In this document: piece by piece, positions 17,613-27,106 of the stretch
Numbering within the stretch: position 1 is the stretch's first letter
How the letters are laid out: each line of letters begins with the position of its first letter
Virus record (IMG/VR): IMGVR_UViG_3300005805_000287
Span: 1 to 32,002 of that record
Strand: one strand, 5' to 3'
Source of the DNA: a virus
Taxonomy: Duplodnaviria > Caudoviricetes
Length of the DNA stretch: 32,002 nt
The notes under the pieces: model-generated
The model's database searches: none
What the model saw: the letters and a program-made list of their open reading frames with translations, nothing else
What the model was told of the DNA's origin: nothing
Program-made: the position numbers and the translations under genes

Positions 17613-17655
17613 TGGCTATGCTTGCGGGCTGATAACAAAAAGGCAGGTGTGAAAA

Positions 17656-17934
17656 GTGGCTGGTGCTGGCGCGAAGTTGTTTGAAAGTGGGGCTGTGCTG
17701 ACAGCGGCGCAGGTGAACACTTTTTTGATGGAACAAACCATTATGCGTTTCGCTACTACTGCGGCGCGTGATGCAGCGTTCGGTGGTGTTGGCGAATTGA
17801 CACTTGCCGAAGGAATGTTTGCATATATTGACGACCAAAATTTGGTCTATTTTTATACAGGTTCGCAATGGCAACAATTCGGTGCTGTTGTGGATGATGA
17901 CCAGAACATTCTTGCAAATCAAATTTTCAGTTAG
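17656..17934 (+). CDS. Minor tail protein
   Basis: FESGAVLTAAQVNTFLM, FATTAARDAA, EGMFAY..YTGSQW. Confidence 0.7.
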   Translation: MAGAGAKLFESGAVLTAAQVNTFLMEQTIMRFATTAARDAAFGGVGELTLAEGMFAYIDDQNLVYFYTGSQWQQFGAVVDDDQNILANQIFS

Positions 17935-17943
17935 GATTGACAC

Positions 17944-18306
17944 ATGGCAACATTTAGCAAACTTACCCTTTCAGGTTCTACTGATGGCAGGCTTATCAAA
18001 GTTGCGGCAACCGCAACTGCTGGCACAACCATCCACACGGGTTCAGCAACAGCGACAACCTTTGATGAACTGTGGTTGTACGCAGTCAATAGTGATACAT
18101 CAGACCGCAAACTGACGATTGAATTTGGTGGCGTGTCGTCACCAGACGATTTGATTGAGTTCACTGTCAAAGCCGAGAACGGTTTGTATCTCATAGTCCC
18201 TGGGCTTGTCATCAAAGGCAACGCAACACCACTTGTCGTGAGAGCGTTCTGCGCTACTGCGAATGTCGTGATGATCGGCGGCTATGTGAACCGCATCACC
18301 GCATAG
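17944..18306 (+). CDS. Putative tail-associated structural protein
   Basis: Beta-rich, DELWLYAVN, GYVNRI; tail module. Confidence 0.65.
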   Translation: MATFSKLTLSGSTDGRLIKVAATATAGTTIHTGSATATTFDELWLYAVNSDTSDRKLTIEFGGVSSPDDLIEFTVKAENGLYLIVPGLVIKGNATPLVVRAFCATANVVMIGGYVNRITA

Positions 18307-18313
18307 GTGAGCA

Positions 18314-19105
18314 ATGCCTGACTTCATCAAGAACCGTTCGGGCAAGTCGCTTGCGACGACGCTTGCACCACGCTCAAAGCGTTCAGGTTCAGGGCAAGTG
18401 AACTCGCTGTGGGTTGGTGGCGCAAGCGAGATAGTCGCAACAGGTGGAACGATTACTTCGTACACCGTTGGCGGCATCAACTACAAGTCGCACACTTTTA
18501 CATCAACAAGCACATTCACGGTATCGGAAGTTCCTGATGGTGCGGTTGCTGATATCTGGGTTGTCGCTGGTGGCGGTGGCGCTGGATTTGACAGAGGTGG
18601 TGGCGGTGGTGCTGGTGGCGCAAAAACCGTAACTGGTATTGCTCTGAACGCACAGGCTTACACGATTACTATTGGCGGAGCGGGCGGTCTTGGAATAAAT
18701 GTCGCCCCAGGCTCTAACGGTGGTTCTTCTTCGGGTTTGGGTCAAAGCACTAGCGGTGGCGGATACGGAAGTGCAAACAACTACGCAGGTAATGTTGGTG
18801 GTTCGGGTGGCGGTCAAGCATCGGGTATCAGCGGTGAAGGAAACGCAGGTGGTGCGAATAATTCTGATGACGGTGCTGGTGGTGGCGGTAAGGGCGGCGC
18901 AGGTGCGTCTGGCGTTCCTGTTGGCAGCGGCAACGGCGGTGCTGCTGGCACAAACGATTATCAAGATGGAACAAGTCGTTCGTATGCGGCTGGTGGTGGT
19001 GGCAGCATCGGTACTTCACCAGCGTCAGAGTATGGTCGTGGCGGCAAAGGAAACACCAACGCAAGTATTCAGGCTGGTGTAGTCATCATCAGGTACAAGG
19101 TCTAA
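18314..19105 (+). CDS. Glycine-rich tail fibre/receptor-binding candidate
   Basis: ATGGTI..YKSHTFTSTSTF, VVAGGGGAG, GGGGAGG, ends GVVIIRY. Confidence 0.75.
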   Translation: MPDFIKNRSGKSLATTLAPRSKRSGSGQVNSLWVGGASEIVATGGTITSYTVGGINYKSHTFTSTSTFTVSEVPDGAVADIWVVAGGGGAGFDRGGGGGAGGAKTVTGIALNAQAYTITIGGAGGLGINVAPGSNGGSSSGLGQSTSGGGYGSANNYAGNVGGSGGGQASGISGEGNAGGANNSDDGAGGGGKGGAGASGVPVGSGNGGAAGTNDYQDGTSRSYAAGGGGSIGTSPASEYGRGGKGNTNASIQAGVVIIRYKV

Positions 19106-19107
19106 TC

Positions 19108-19467
19108 GTGGCTCACTTCGCTCAACTAGACGCAGACAACAAAGTCGTGAATGTCATCGTTTTGTCCGACGATGACTGTGGTGGTGGAGTATTCCCAGAT
19201 AGCGAACCTATCGGTCAAGCATTTCTCGCATCGCTCAACCTTGATGGCGTGTTCAAGCAAACTTCGTTCAACACCTATCGGAACTACGCATACACATACG
19301 ACGAAGAAAACCCGCCGAACATTGTCGGTGCGCAATATTTGGGAAGTGCACATCGCACAGGCGGCACACCGTTCAGGGGTCAGTACGCAGGTATCGGTGA
19401 CTTCTATGATGCTGACTTAGATGAGTTCGTGACACCTGAAAGCGAGACACAAGATGAAACTGAATGA
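19108..19467 (+). CDS. Partner protein of glycine-rich fibre
   Basis: MAHFAQLD..V..VIV, KQTSFN, FRGQYAGIG..YD..LDEF pattern commonly adjacent to Gly-rich fibres. Confidence 0.7.
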   Translation: MAHFAQLDADNKVVNVIVLSDDDCGGGVFPDSEPIGQAFLASLNLDGVFKQTSFNTYRNYAYTYDEENPPNIVGAQYLGSAHRTGGTPFRGQYAGIGDFYDADLDEFVTPESETQDETE

Positions 19468-19648
19468 CGAACAGAAACAAATGTTTGCTTCATATTTGCG
19501 TAGCGCGGTTGCTGCGGTTGCTGCGGTTGTTTCAACAGGGAATTATGCGGTGGAAGATATTGCGAAAGCGGCTGTTGCGGCATTGTTGCCACCTGTGTTG
19601 CGTTGGCTCAATCCAAAAGATGCCGCGTTTGGTCGCAGTAATAGTTAG
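19454..19648 (+). CDS. Putative holin
   Basis: Two hydrophobic segments, SYLRS and RWLNPKDAAFG; directly before endolysin. Confidence 0.65.
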   Translation: MKLNDEQKQMFASYLRSAVAAVAAVVSTGNYAVEDIAKAAVAALLPPVLRWLNPKDAAFGRSNS

Positions 19649-19651
19649 GAC

Positions 19652-20167
19652 ATGAACAATCCGCGCCCCTATACGGGAACGAATGATGGCATCGCCAAAG
19701 GGAAGCGCGAAGGCACAGAAGAATTTGTGCGACAGTTGAACTTTCTTAGTGATGGGGCGTTATGGGGCAATGGAACTTTCATTGTCAGAAAAATGAAAGG
19801 GAAAGAAAGCCTGTCGGTTCATGCGACGGGTCGGGCAATGGATATTTCCTACCGCAATATGCGTGACGGTAAGCGCGGGAAACCGAATGGGCGCAAGATT
19901 GCTTCGGAATGGTGTGACATTCTGAGCAAGAACGCTGCTGTGTTGGGTGTGGAAATGGTGATTGATTATGCGTTCGCAAAGTTTGGGCGTGCGTATCGTT
20001 GCGATAGGGATGCGTGGCAAACATACAGCAAGCCAACGGTGACGGGTGGCGGTAGTGCTTCGTCTGATTGGATACATATTGAGATTTCGCCGCGTGTTGC
20101 GGATGATGCTGGCAAAGTTCAACGCAAATTCCGTAAAGTCTTTTTAGGTGAAAATGACGGTGAATGA
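19652..20167 (+). CDS. Endolysin, M15-like zinc peptidase
   Basis: SVHATGRAMD (H-x6-D) and WIHIE zinc-ligand motifs. Confidence 0.75.
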   Translation: MNNPRPYTGTNDGIAKGKREGTEEFVRQLNFLSDGALWGNGTFIVRKMKGKESLSVHATGRAMDISYRNMRDGKRGKPNGRKIASEWCDILSKNAAVLGVEMVIDYAFAKFGRAYRCDRDAWQTYSKPTVTGGGSASSDWIHIEISPRVADDAGKVQRKFRKVFLGENDGE

Positions 20168-20430
20168 TGGATACGGGTTTAGCGGCGGTTCTTGTTGGTG
20201 TGATTACAGCCATCGGTGGAATTGTTGTTGCGGTCATTCAGTTGATGGGTTTGCGTGCTGAAAACAAAACAGACCATGCGATTGTTCAGGGTCAGTTGGC
20301 AAGCATTTTGAATTCGGTGTTCAGGGTGGATAGTAAGGTTGATGGGGTCACGGACAGATTAGACAAACACATTCAGGAACATAGCGAAGGGGCTTTTGGT
20401 GGGATTACTAGAAACAGAAGTTCGGAATGA
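20164..20430 (+). CDS. Membrane protein of lysis cassette
   Basis: N-terminal TM helix plus coiled coil ending RLDKHIQEH. Confidence 0.65.
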   Translation: MMDTGLAAVLVGVITAIGGIVVAVIQLMGLRAENKTDHAIVQGQLASILNSVFRVDSKVDGVTDRLDKHIQEHSEGAFGGITRNRSSE

Positions 20431-20644
20431 AATTGAGCAAACGAACCGCAACAAGAAACGGGTTCTGCAAGATATAGCCGATGCGTTGGATGATGATGAC
20501 CGCAAGGATTTCATTGTTGCGTTGAATGACAAGACGGTTTCCGCACAAGCGTTGTCGCTGGTTTTGAAGCGTCGCGGTTTCGTGGTTTCTAATTCGCTAA
20601 TCACTTTGTATAGGCGTGGGGGGTTGGCTTATGAAGTTCGCTGA
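20399..20644 (+). CDS. Hypothetical small helical (HTH-like) protein
   Basis: VSAQALSLVLKRRGFVVS..I..YRRG; overlaps phosphoesterase start; start uncertain (20396/20399). Confidence 0.6.
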   Translation: MGLLETEVRNEIEQTNRNKKRVLQDIADALDDDDRKDFIVALNDKTVSAQALSLVLKRRGFVVSNSLITLYRRGGLAYEVR

Positions 20645-21686
20645 TGAAGTTCAATCGGAAACGCACGAAGAAGTTTCAATTGTAAAGTTGCGGCGTGAAC
20701 GCGATTTTGTGCGTCGCGAAAATGAGCGTTTGACGAAAGCGGTAGATGAAGCAAACAAGGTCATTCGCATCATTGAGACAGCGAACGCATCTGAGATTGA
20801 ACCGCCACATTGGTTGTCGCCCGCGAAGCCGCGTTCATCGGCTGCAACGCTGGTTGCAATGCTTTCGGATACACACTTTGACGAAATTGTGAACCCTGAT
20901 GAGATGGAAGGGTTGAATGCTTACAATCGGGCGATTGCAAAACTGCGTCTTGAAAAGTGGGCAAAGGGTGTTGTGAAGATGGCGCGTCATTATTTGGCGG
21001 GTGTGAAGTATGACGGAATTGTTTTGATTTTGGGTGGCGACATTTTTTCTGGTGACATCCATGAAGAATTGAAGGATACGAATGAAGCGACGATGTTGGA
21101 AAGTTGTTTGTATTGGTCGGAACAGATTGCGGGTGCGATTGGTTTGTTGTCTGACGAATTCAAGAAGGTTCAAGTTGTCTGTGTCGTGGGTAATCATGGG
21201 CGCACAACCCGCAAGCCGCGAATGAAGCAGCGTGTGGTGACGAACTTTGATTGGTTGTTGGGGAAGATGGTGGAAAGATATTTTGCTTCCGACAATCGTG
21301 TTTCGTTTCTCATTCCTACTTCGGCGGATGCGTTCTTGAAGATTTATGAACATGGTCATTTGATTACGCACGGCGACCAAGTTCACGGTGGCGGCGGTAT
21401 CGGTGGTATCTATCCGCCAATTATGCGGATGCGCGCAAAGAAAGAACACAAGTATTTGCAGACGGGTCAGAATTTCAAGACGCTTTGGATGGGTCATTGG
21501 CACACCTACCTTTCAACACCGCATCTAATCATCAATGGTTCAACAAAAGGTTTTGATGAATATGCGATGCTTATGGGTTTCGGGTTTGAAGTTCCGCAGC
21601 AAGCACTAGCGATTGTCACACCTGAAAGAAACATCACGGTTCAAGCACCTATTTTTTGTCAAGATAGAAAGCGTGAAGGTTGGTGA
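20631..21686 (+). CDS. Calcineurin-like metallophosphoesterase with N-terminal coiled coil
   Basis: SDTH, GGD, GNH, HGD, GHWH motifs in canonical order. Confidence 0.88.
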   Translation: MKFADEVQSETHEEVSIVKLRRERDFVRRENERLTKAVDEANKVIRIIETANASEIEPPHWLSPAKPRSSAATLVAMLSDTHFDEIVNPDEMEGLNAYNRAIAKLRLEKWAKGVVKMARHYLAGVKYDGIVLILGGDIFSGDIHEELKDTNEATMLESCLYWSEQIAGAIGLLSDEFKKVQVVCVVGNHGRTTRKPRMKQRVVTNFDWLLGKMVERYFASDNRVSFLIPTSADAFLKIYEHGHLITHGDQVHGGGGIGGIYPPIMRMRAKKEHKYLQTGQNFKTLWMGHWHTYLSTPHLIINGSTKGFDEYAMLMGFGFEVPQQALAIVTPERNITVQAPIFCQDRKREGW

Positions 21687-21757
21687 TGTTGTGTCAATGC
21701 AAGTTGCGTCGGTGGATTGTTACCTGCGAAGGTGCGGATGATGACGACGACGAATGA
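21686..21757 (+). CDS. Possible 23-aa Cys/acidic micro-protein
   Basis: MLCQCKLRRWIVTCEGADDDDDE; TGATG coupling to upstream gene, fills gap to next gene. Confidence 0.4.
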   Translation: MLCQCKLRRWIVTCEGADDDDDE

Positions 21758-21995
21758 GCATTCACGGGTTCTAGTTGTTTGGCATGATGCGCACGCAATC
21801 AATGAAGGTGGTTGGTGTGAAGAAACTGACATTGATGATGAACCTTGTGTGGTGGAAAGTCTTGGCTGGTTGTTGGCTGATAGAAAGCGCGGTCATGTTG
21901 TGTTGGCGCAGTCAATAACGAACGATGGGAATTTGGATAGCGTGTTGGCTATTCCTGTGGGCATGGTTCAGAAAGTGGTTGTGTTAGGTTTTTGA
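21741..21995 (+). CDS. Conserved-looking phage hypothetical protein
   Basis: VVWHDA..W..C..SLGWL..VLAQS..IPVGMV pattern; ATG 21738/21741. Confidence 0.7.
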   Translation: MTTTNEHSRVLVVWHDAHAINEGGWCEETDIDDEPCVVESLGWLLADRKRGHVVLAQSITNDGNLDSVLAIPVGMVQKVVVLGF

Positions 21996-22032
21996 TTGCG
22001 CGTTGTTCCCCCCTTCGGCTTCGCGTCGGGTG

Positions 22033-22079
22033 CGGGTGTTGCACGCAGGTTTTGTTGCGTGCGCACCCGTTTCCTGTTT
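22033..22079 (+). terminator. Intrinsic terminator at end of late/lysis block
   Basis: CGGGTGT-T-GCACGCA / TGCGTGC-GCACCCG hairpin followed by TTTCCTGTTT. Confidence 0.6.
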
Positions 22080-22187
22080 GTGTCACAACTTATTTTTTGT
22101 AAATTTTTTGGGCGCGTGGATATTGGGGTTGGCGAAAAGATTTTTGGGGATTGCTTGTTTTGTGGGTGTTTTGGGGGTCTTTTGGAT

Positions 22188-22230
22188 TTGCGTGTTTGGT
22201 GTCATCCGATATACTGAACCCATCGGGATA
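22188..22230 (+). promoter_or_regulatory. Conserved promoter copy P3
   Basis: TTGCGT 22188-22193, 16-nt spacer, TATACT 22210-22215, CATCGGGATA 22221-22230; leader nearly identical to P1. Confidence 0.75.
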
Positions 22231-22258
22231 AAGGAACACCGATGGAAAAGGGAACAAC

Positions 22259-22645
22259 ATGAAAAACGAAATCAGCAATCTGACAAAAGGTGAAACCGTT
22301 TATTGGAAGCGGATGCCGCAAGGCGTATTCACCTTCTTGACAATTGACAGCGATGGTTCATTGCACATCGTCGGCGGTGAACGCGGTTATGCACGCAACG
22401 GACACAACGCACTTCCAGAAGATGTGTCGCTGCTTCCGTTTGATGGCGGCAAGGAAGCGGTCATCGCATGGTGCAGGAACAACATCTTCGCGGAAGTCAC
22501 CGTGAAGGAACTTGCTGCGATTGGCGAATGTTCAGAAGCAACCGTGCGTGCGCTCATCAATGACAGGCGCGACATCTTCCGAAAGTCGGAAGGTCGCAAG
22601 TACGAAGTGCGTGACCCGAAAGCCGACAGACAAAACGAAAAGTAA
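22259..22645 (+). CDS. Hypothetical protein with C-terminal winged-helix-like region
   Basis: EVTVKELAAIGECSEATVRALI..FRK..GRKYEV; first gene after P3. Confidence 0.7.
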   Translation: MKNEISNLTKGETVYWKRMPQGVFTFLTIDSDGSLHIVGGERGYARNGHNALPEDVSLLPFDGGKEAVIAWCRNNIFAEVTVKELAAIGECSEATVRALINDRRDIFRKSEGRKYEVRDPKADRQNEK

Positions 22646-22676
22646 TCAACAACAAACATCATTGGAAGGAACAACG

Positions 22677-23423
22677 ATGGCAACGAAACAAGCAAGATGG
22701 AAATGCCCGAAGTGCGATGACGGTGTTCTTGCACCGACACGCCCGCGAAAGGATGATGTGCGGCGGTACTGTCTGCCGTGTTCATCCGTGAACGGAAGAT
22801 TGGTGGAACGGATTGCACCTGCGTTGGAAGCGAAGCGCGAACAGCGCATTGCAAGCACCCGCGAGAAGGTGCGCCAGAAGCGTCAGGTTGCGCGTAGGCG
22901 CGAGCAACCGAAGAAGTTGCAGCAAAGGTGCGACGCAGTTCGCGAACGCATCATTCGCAAGGAAGCCGAACGCATCTGGAACTTGATGGCGGATTGGCAC
23001 AAAGGCAAACCGCTTCCGCGTATCAACATCGTTCGCGGCAGGAATTGGGGAAGCCAATATGGTCACGCGGAAGTTTGGCGCAACACAATTCAAGTGAATG
23101 TGGATGCTGAACAATCACAACTACGAAGTCGGCGTGTGTGGGCTGTGCTTGCGCATGAACTAGCGCACATCGCTTGCCCGCCAATCAGCAGGCGTGGCAA
23201 AACAGATGACACGCATCACCGCGTGTTCTATTACTGCTTGCGTCATGTTTGGGAAAAGCGATGGAAGTGCGCAATCTCATTTGGCGAAGTACGAACTTGG
23301 GGATACAGCGTGGATTACATCATTGAAGGTCAAGCCAGCAAGCACATCACCTTCACGCTTCCGAACCCCGTAACACCCCCAAAGCAAAATGAAACCATCA
23401 ACAACAACGAAGGGAACAACTAA
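22677..23423 (+). CDS. Zinc-ribbon plus SprT-like zincin metalloprotease
   Basis: CPKC..CLPC, basic coiled coil, VLAHELAH..THHRVF; start re-assigned to ATG 22677 after GGAAGGAAC. Confidence 0.75.
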   Translation: MATKQARWKCPKCDDGVLAPTRPRKDDVRRYCLPCSSVNGRLVERIAPALEAKREQRIASTREKVRQKRQVARRREQPKKLQQRCDAVRERIIRKEAERIWNLMADWHKGKPLPRINIVRGRNWGSQYGHAEVWRNTIQVNVDAEQSQLRSRRVWAVLAHELAHIACPPISRRGKTDDTHHRVFYYCLRHVWEKRWKCAISFGEVRTWGYSVDYIIEGQASKHITFTLPNPVTPPKQNETINNNEGNN

Positions 23424-24367
23424 TGCAACTAGTTACGAAAGCACAAGACCGAACCGAATGGTTGGCGCAACGCAAACGCACACCCGAAGGTTTGGTTTCA
23501 TTCGGCGGAAGCGACGCACCGATATTGATGGGGGCTTCACAGTTCCGCACACGCGGCGATTTGTTCGTTGAGAAAGCAACGATGGTCGTTGATGAACAAC
23601 CAGCGACAAGTGCAATGACCACAGGCAACTATGCCGAACCGATGCTGCTGCAATTTGCATCAGACAAACTTGGAACGAAGTTCATCACCCCGCCAACCTT
23701 GTATCGTGATGGTCAATGGCTTATCACCGCAGATGGTGTGGATAATGAAACCGCACCCGCAGTTTGTGTGGAATGCAAAACCACATCGCGTTATGCCATT
23801 CGCGATATTGAAGATGTGCCGCCAATGTATCTATGGCAGATGTGGTCACAGCAAATGGTTCTAGGTTGCCCCGTGTTTTTGTCGGTGCTTGACCGCGATT
23901 TGAAACTGTCGCTGATTGAATGCCCGACGAACACGGATGCGTTCAGCGCGTTGCGCTTGGAAGCGGAAGTGTTCGGTGAATGGGTGCTTCGTGGTGAACC
24001 GATGCCTGATGACATTGACAACTTTTCCGCTGAACAAATTTCGTCGTTGTTCAAGGTGCAAGCAAAGCAAGTTGAAATCGGTGCTGATGCGTTGGTATGG
24101 ATTGAAGCATTGAACGACGCACGGAAGATGGGTGCTGATGCGGATGCACTTGAAAAGAATGCCAAAGACCATCTTGCACGAATGCTGCTAGATGCAGAAG
24201 TTGGAACGGTCAATGGTGAAGTTGCTGTCACTTGGAAGCAACAGAAAGGTCGCGCAACAGTTGATGTTGCACGAATGCGGTCAAGTCATCCTGACTTGGT
24301 TGCACAGTATGAAAAAGAAGGTTCACCATTCAGGGTGTTCCGCACAACGAAGGGAAAAAAGAAATGA
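23423..24367 (+). CDS. YqaJ-like (lambda exonuclease family) recombination exonuclease
   Basis: EWLAQRK, GGSDAPILMG, GNYAEP, TADG, VECKT, Y.WQ..Q. Confidence 0.88.
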   Translation: MQLVTKAQDRTEWLAQRKRTPEGLVSFGGSDAPILMGASQFRTRGDLFVEKATMVVDEQPATSAMTTGNYAEPMLLQFASDKLGTKFITPPTLYRDGQWLITADGVDNETAPAVCVECKTTSRYAIRDIEDVPPMYLWQMWSQQMVLGCPVFLSVLDRDLKLSLIECPTNTDAFSALRLEAEVFGEWVLRGEPMPDDIDNFSAEQISSLFKVQAKQVEIGADALVWIEALNDARKMGADADALEKNAKDHLARMLLDAEVGTVNGEVAVTWKQQKGRATVDVARMRSSHPDLVAQYEKEGSPFRVFRTTKGKKK

Positions 24368-25032
24368 CATTTGAACTTGACGGATATCTAACCGTTGCTC
24401 AACGGATAGAACAATTGAAAGCGAAGTATCCAGAAGCGGTGCTTCGCCCATTCAATCCAGCAGAACCATTCACCATCAAAGAAATTGGTGGCAAGGAATT
24501 CATTGTGTATGTGGCGGCGTGCTACAAGACACCGAATGACCCGATGCCAGCAGTTGCGGTGGCGATTGAACCGTGCGTGCCGAAATCAAATTTCACCCGC
24601 GACAGTATGGTAATGAACGCTGAAACTTCGGCTTGGGGGCGTTGCATCATGGCTGCGCTTGCTTGCGATACATCGGGCAAGGTTGCTTCCGCTGATGAAG
24701 TGCGCAACCGTCAGCAAGGTGAACAGATTGCGACGGTCATCAAAGCATTCCCAACTGCGAAGGCACAGCAAGTGACAACATCTGCACCGCAAGCAAAAGG
24801 AAATGGGTTCATCACACAGAAGCAGATTGGGTTGCTTGGCAAACTGACACGCGAACGCAACATGAACAACAATGACCTTCTTGCGTATGTTGCCGATTTG
24901 ATTGGTCGCGATGTTGGCGGCAAGTTGGGCGAACTGACCAGCAAAGAAGCGTCTGATGTGATTAGCGCATTGATGAACGGTGAACAACCGACAGCACGCA
25001 AAGCCGCACCAGCAGATGAAGAACCCTTTTGA
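24364..25032 (+). CDS. Single-strand annealing protein (Sak/Rad52-like), partner of exonuclease
   Basis: YLTVAQRI..KYP, NAETSAWGRC, ASADEV; C-terminal TQKQI..LTSKEASDVI; ends EEPF. Confidence 0.7.
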   Translation: MTFELDGYLTVAQRIEQLKAKYPEAVLRPFNPAEPFTIKEIGGKEFIVYVAACYKTPNDPMPAVAVAIEPCVPKSNFTRDSMVMNAETSAWGRCIMAALACDTSGKVASADEVRNRQQGEQIATVIKAFPTAKAQQVTTSAPQAKGNGFITQKQIGLLGKLTRERNMNNNDLLAYVADLIGRDVGGKLGELTSKEASDVISALMNGEQPTARKAAPADEEPF

Positions 25033-25334
25033 TGGGCGTGCAAGCGTGGCGCGACGAAGCGCGATGTGTTGGAACAGCAACAGAAGTTTTCTTTCCAGAA
25101 GTATTGAAGGAAAACAGATTTGATGCAGCCATAAAACTTTGCAGCAAGTGTTCGGTATCGGAACAATGCTTGAAGTTGGTTATCTGGTTGGATGATGTTG
25201 ATGACAAGTGGGGCGTGTTCGGTGGTTTGACACCGCGACAGCGGCGGCTTGTTAGATACGAAATGGAACGCGGCAAATCGCTGACGGATGCTGTGAAGGT
25301 GGTGAACGATGTCGGGCGACCCAAGAAAGGGTGA
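25032..25334 (+). CDS. whiB: WhiB-family transcription regulator
   Basis: W..EARC..FFP..CxxCxxxxxC..GVFGGLT..R. Confidence 0.9.
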   Translation: MGVQAWRDEARCVGTATEVFFPEVLKENRFDAAIKLCSKCSVSEQCLKLVIWLDDVDDKWGVFGGLTPRQRRLVRYEMERGKSLTDAVKVVNDVGRPKKG

Positions 25335-25803
25335 ATGCGAAGGCAGACAAGACAACTGCAAGGTTGATGGATGCCCGCTGTTCGGTGGGCTTGGCAAACC
25401 TGCGCGTGATGGTAAGCGTCGCATCAAAGGATGCGGTGACGCTGTTGCGCGTGGGCGACGCTCACGAAGGAAAGGATTGAAGAAGCAGCGTGACGCACGC
25501 AAAGCGTTGGGTGTTGCCCCATCACACAAGTTTGGTGACGCGAACGAAGAACGCTGGAACGACCCAATCTTTGCCAACGAAGTCAAATCAGGAAAACAAA
25601 TTCAGCCTGCGGTGACAGCGTGGTTGCGGATAGAAAAACAGGTGCGTTCCAATGAAGCGGATTTTGGTTCACTTCGGAAACCTTGTCGCGCTGTGTTGAT
25701 GCCCGATGATTGGGGAAGCGAAGGTTTGGTGATGGTTCGTTTGTCGGTGTGGCGTGATTATGTTGCGCCCGCGCTCGCGGAATATTATGGACAAGGCGAA
25801 TGA
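25309..25803 (+). CDS. Hypothetical protein, Cys-rich N-terminus, possible PD-(D/E)XK resolvase-like
   Basis: Four Cys in N-terminus, basic helix, NEVKSG; nuclease call tentative. Confidence 0.55.
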   Translation: MSGDPRKGECEGRQDNCKVDGCPLFGGLGKPARDGKRRIKGCGDAVARGRRSRRKGLKKQRDARKALGVAPSHKFGDANEERWNDPIFANEVKSGKQIQPAVTAWLRIEKQVRSNEADFGSLRKPCRAVLMPDDWGSEGLVMVRLSVWRDYVAPALAEYYGQGE

Positions 25804-26309
25804 TTTACACATTGACAGACACAGAAATTGCAGCAGCGCATCAATGGGTCGCAGACAAACTTCGCATCAAAGATACGCACGATATTCGCGATAAGAAATT
25901 TGACCGCAACAACAGTTCACAGGGGGTTTCTTTGATTGGCATAATGGGTGAAATTGCTGGTTGTCATGCTTTGAATACGCAACCAAACTTGAAGGTGATG
26001 ATTGGTGGGGATGACGGAACGGATTGTGAAGCGTTTGGTTTGTATTGGCAAATCAAAACATCTTCGCTTCGTGCGCTCATCTTCAATTCGGAAGCAGATT
26101 TTGTGGCTGATGCCGCGTTGCTTGTTCGTCATGTGGCTGACAAACATTCCGTTGCAGACAATCCGACCTTTGAAATCATTGGTGGTGTCTCGCGCAAACG
26201 GTTCATGCGTCAGCACTTCCAACATGACTACGGCTATGGGTTGCGTCTGGTGATGAATGCAGATGATTTGACCCCGCTGGATACTTTGCTTTCGGTGGTG
26301 CGCAAATGA
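25800..26309 (+). CDS. Putative PD-(D/E)XK-fold nuclease
   Basis: GIMGEIA..DDGTD..QIKT pattern. Confidence 0.55.
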   Translation: MIYTLTDTEIAAAHQWVADKLRIKDTHDIRDKKFDRNNSSQGVSLIGIMGEIAGCHALNTQPNLKVMIGGDDGTDCEAFGLYWQIKTSSLRALIFNSEADFVADAALLVRHVADKHSVADNPTFEIIGGVSRKRFMRQHFQHDYGYGLRLVMNADDLTPLDTLLSVVRK

Positions 26310-27106
26310 TTGTTCGTGGCGCACGAAAGACAACGAACTTCACCATCATCGGGAACGATGTGCTGCGAGATAAGCGGCTTTCCTATCGGGCGCGTGGGCT
26401 GCTTGCTTGCGTGTTGTCGCGACCTGATGATTGGCGAACATCGGCTGACAGCCTTGCGCGTGAAGGTTCAGAAGGTCGGGCTGCGATATTGACCGCTTTG
26501 AAGGAATTGGAAACCGCAGGCTATTTGATACGCACACGCATTCAGGATAAGCAAGGGCATTGGCGCACCATCTCAACCGTCTATGACGAACCACAGACAG
26601 GATGCGCAACCGAAGTTCAGTTTCCGAATGTCGGTTCACCGAACTTCGGTTTCCGCACTTCAATAGAAGAACTAGATACGAAGAAACTAGATATTGCGCC
26701 AGAAGCATTTGAAAACTTTTGGATGGCATATCCGCGCAAGATAGCCAAACGCGATGCACAGAAAGCATGGCAGCAAGTCATGCGTGCAGCAGATGCACCA
26801 ACGGTGGAAACAATCATGCAAGCGGTTGAGCAATACAAGACCGCACAGAAGGACAAAAACTACATTGCATATCCCGCAACTTGGCTTCGTGCTGGCAGAT
26901 GGGCAGACGAACTTGAAACCAAGTACGATGAAGGTACGGATGGGGAACGGAAAGTGTCACCGAATGTGGCACAAGCACAATCATTTGCGGCAGCGTATTT
27001 TCACACCCGTCGCAGTTTGGATGAATTGAAATCAGACATCGCGCATCGTGATAGCGAATATCAGGAAGCGGCGTTGCTTTGGTTTCAACAGATGAAAGCA
27101 GGATGA
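26306..27106 (+). CDS. Phage replication initiator (replisome organiser-type)
   Basis: [30 protein letters not shown]; [25 protein letters not shown]. Confidence 0.85.
   Translation: MIVRGARKTTNFTIIGNDVLRDKRLSYRARGLLACVLSRPDDWRTSADSLAREGSEGRAAILTALKELETAGYLIRTRIQDKQGHWRTISTVYDEPQTGCATEVQFPNVGSPNFGFRTSIEELDTKKLDIAPEAFENFWMAYPRKIAKRDAQKAWQQVMRAADAPTVETIMQAVEQYKTAQKDKNYIAYPATWLRAGRWADELETKYDEGTDGERKVSPNVAQAQSFAAAYFHTRRSLDELKSDIAHRDSEYQEAALLWFQQMKAG

Noticed and set aside
18314-19105. Diversity-generating retroelement or invertible tail-fibre system
   Set aside because: No reverse transcriptase, invertase or template/variable repeat pair seen; GGT/GGC repeats simply encode glycine
21996-22293. 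ORFs 21996-22217 and 22003-22293
   Set aside because: Overlie terminator, T-rich tract and promoter P3; low-complexity translation
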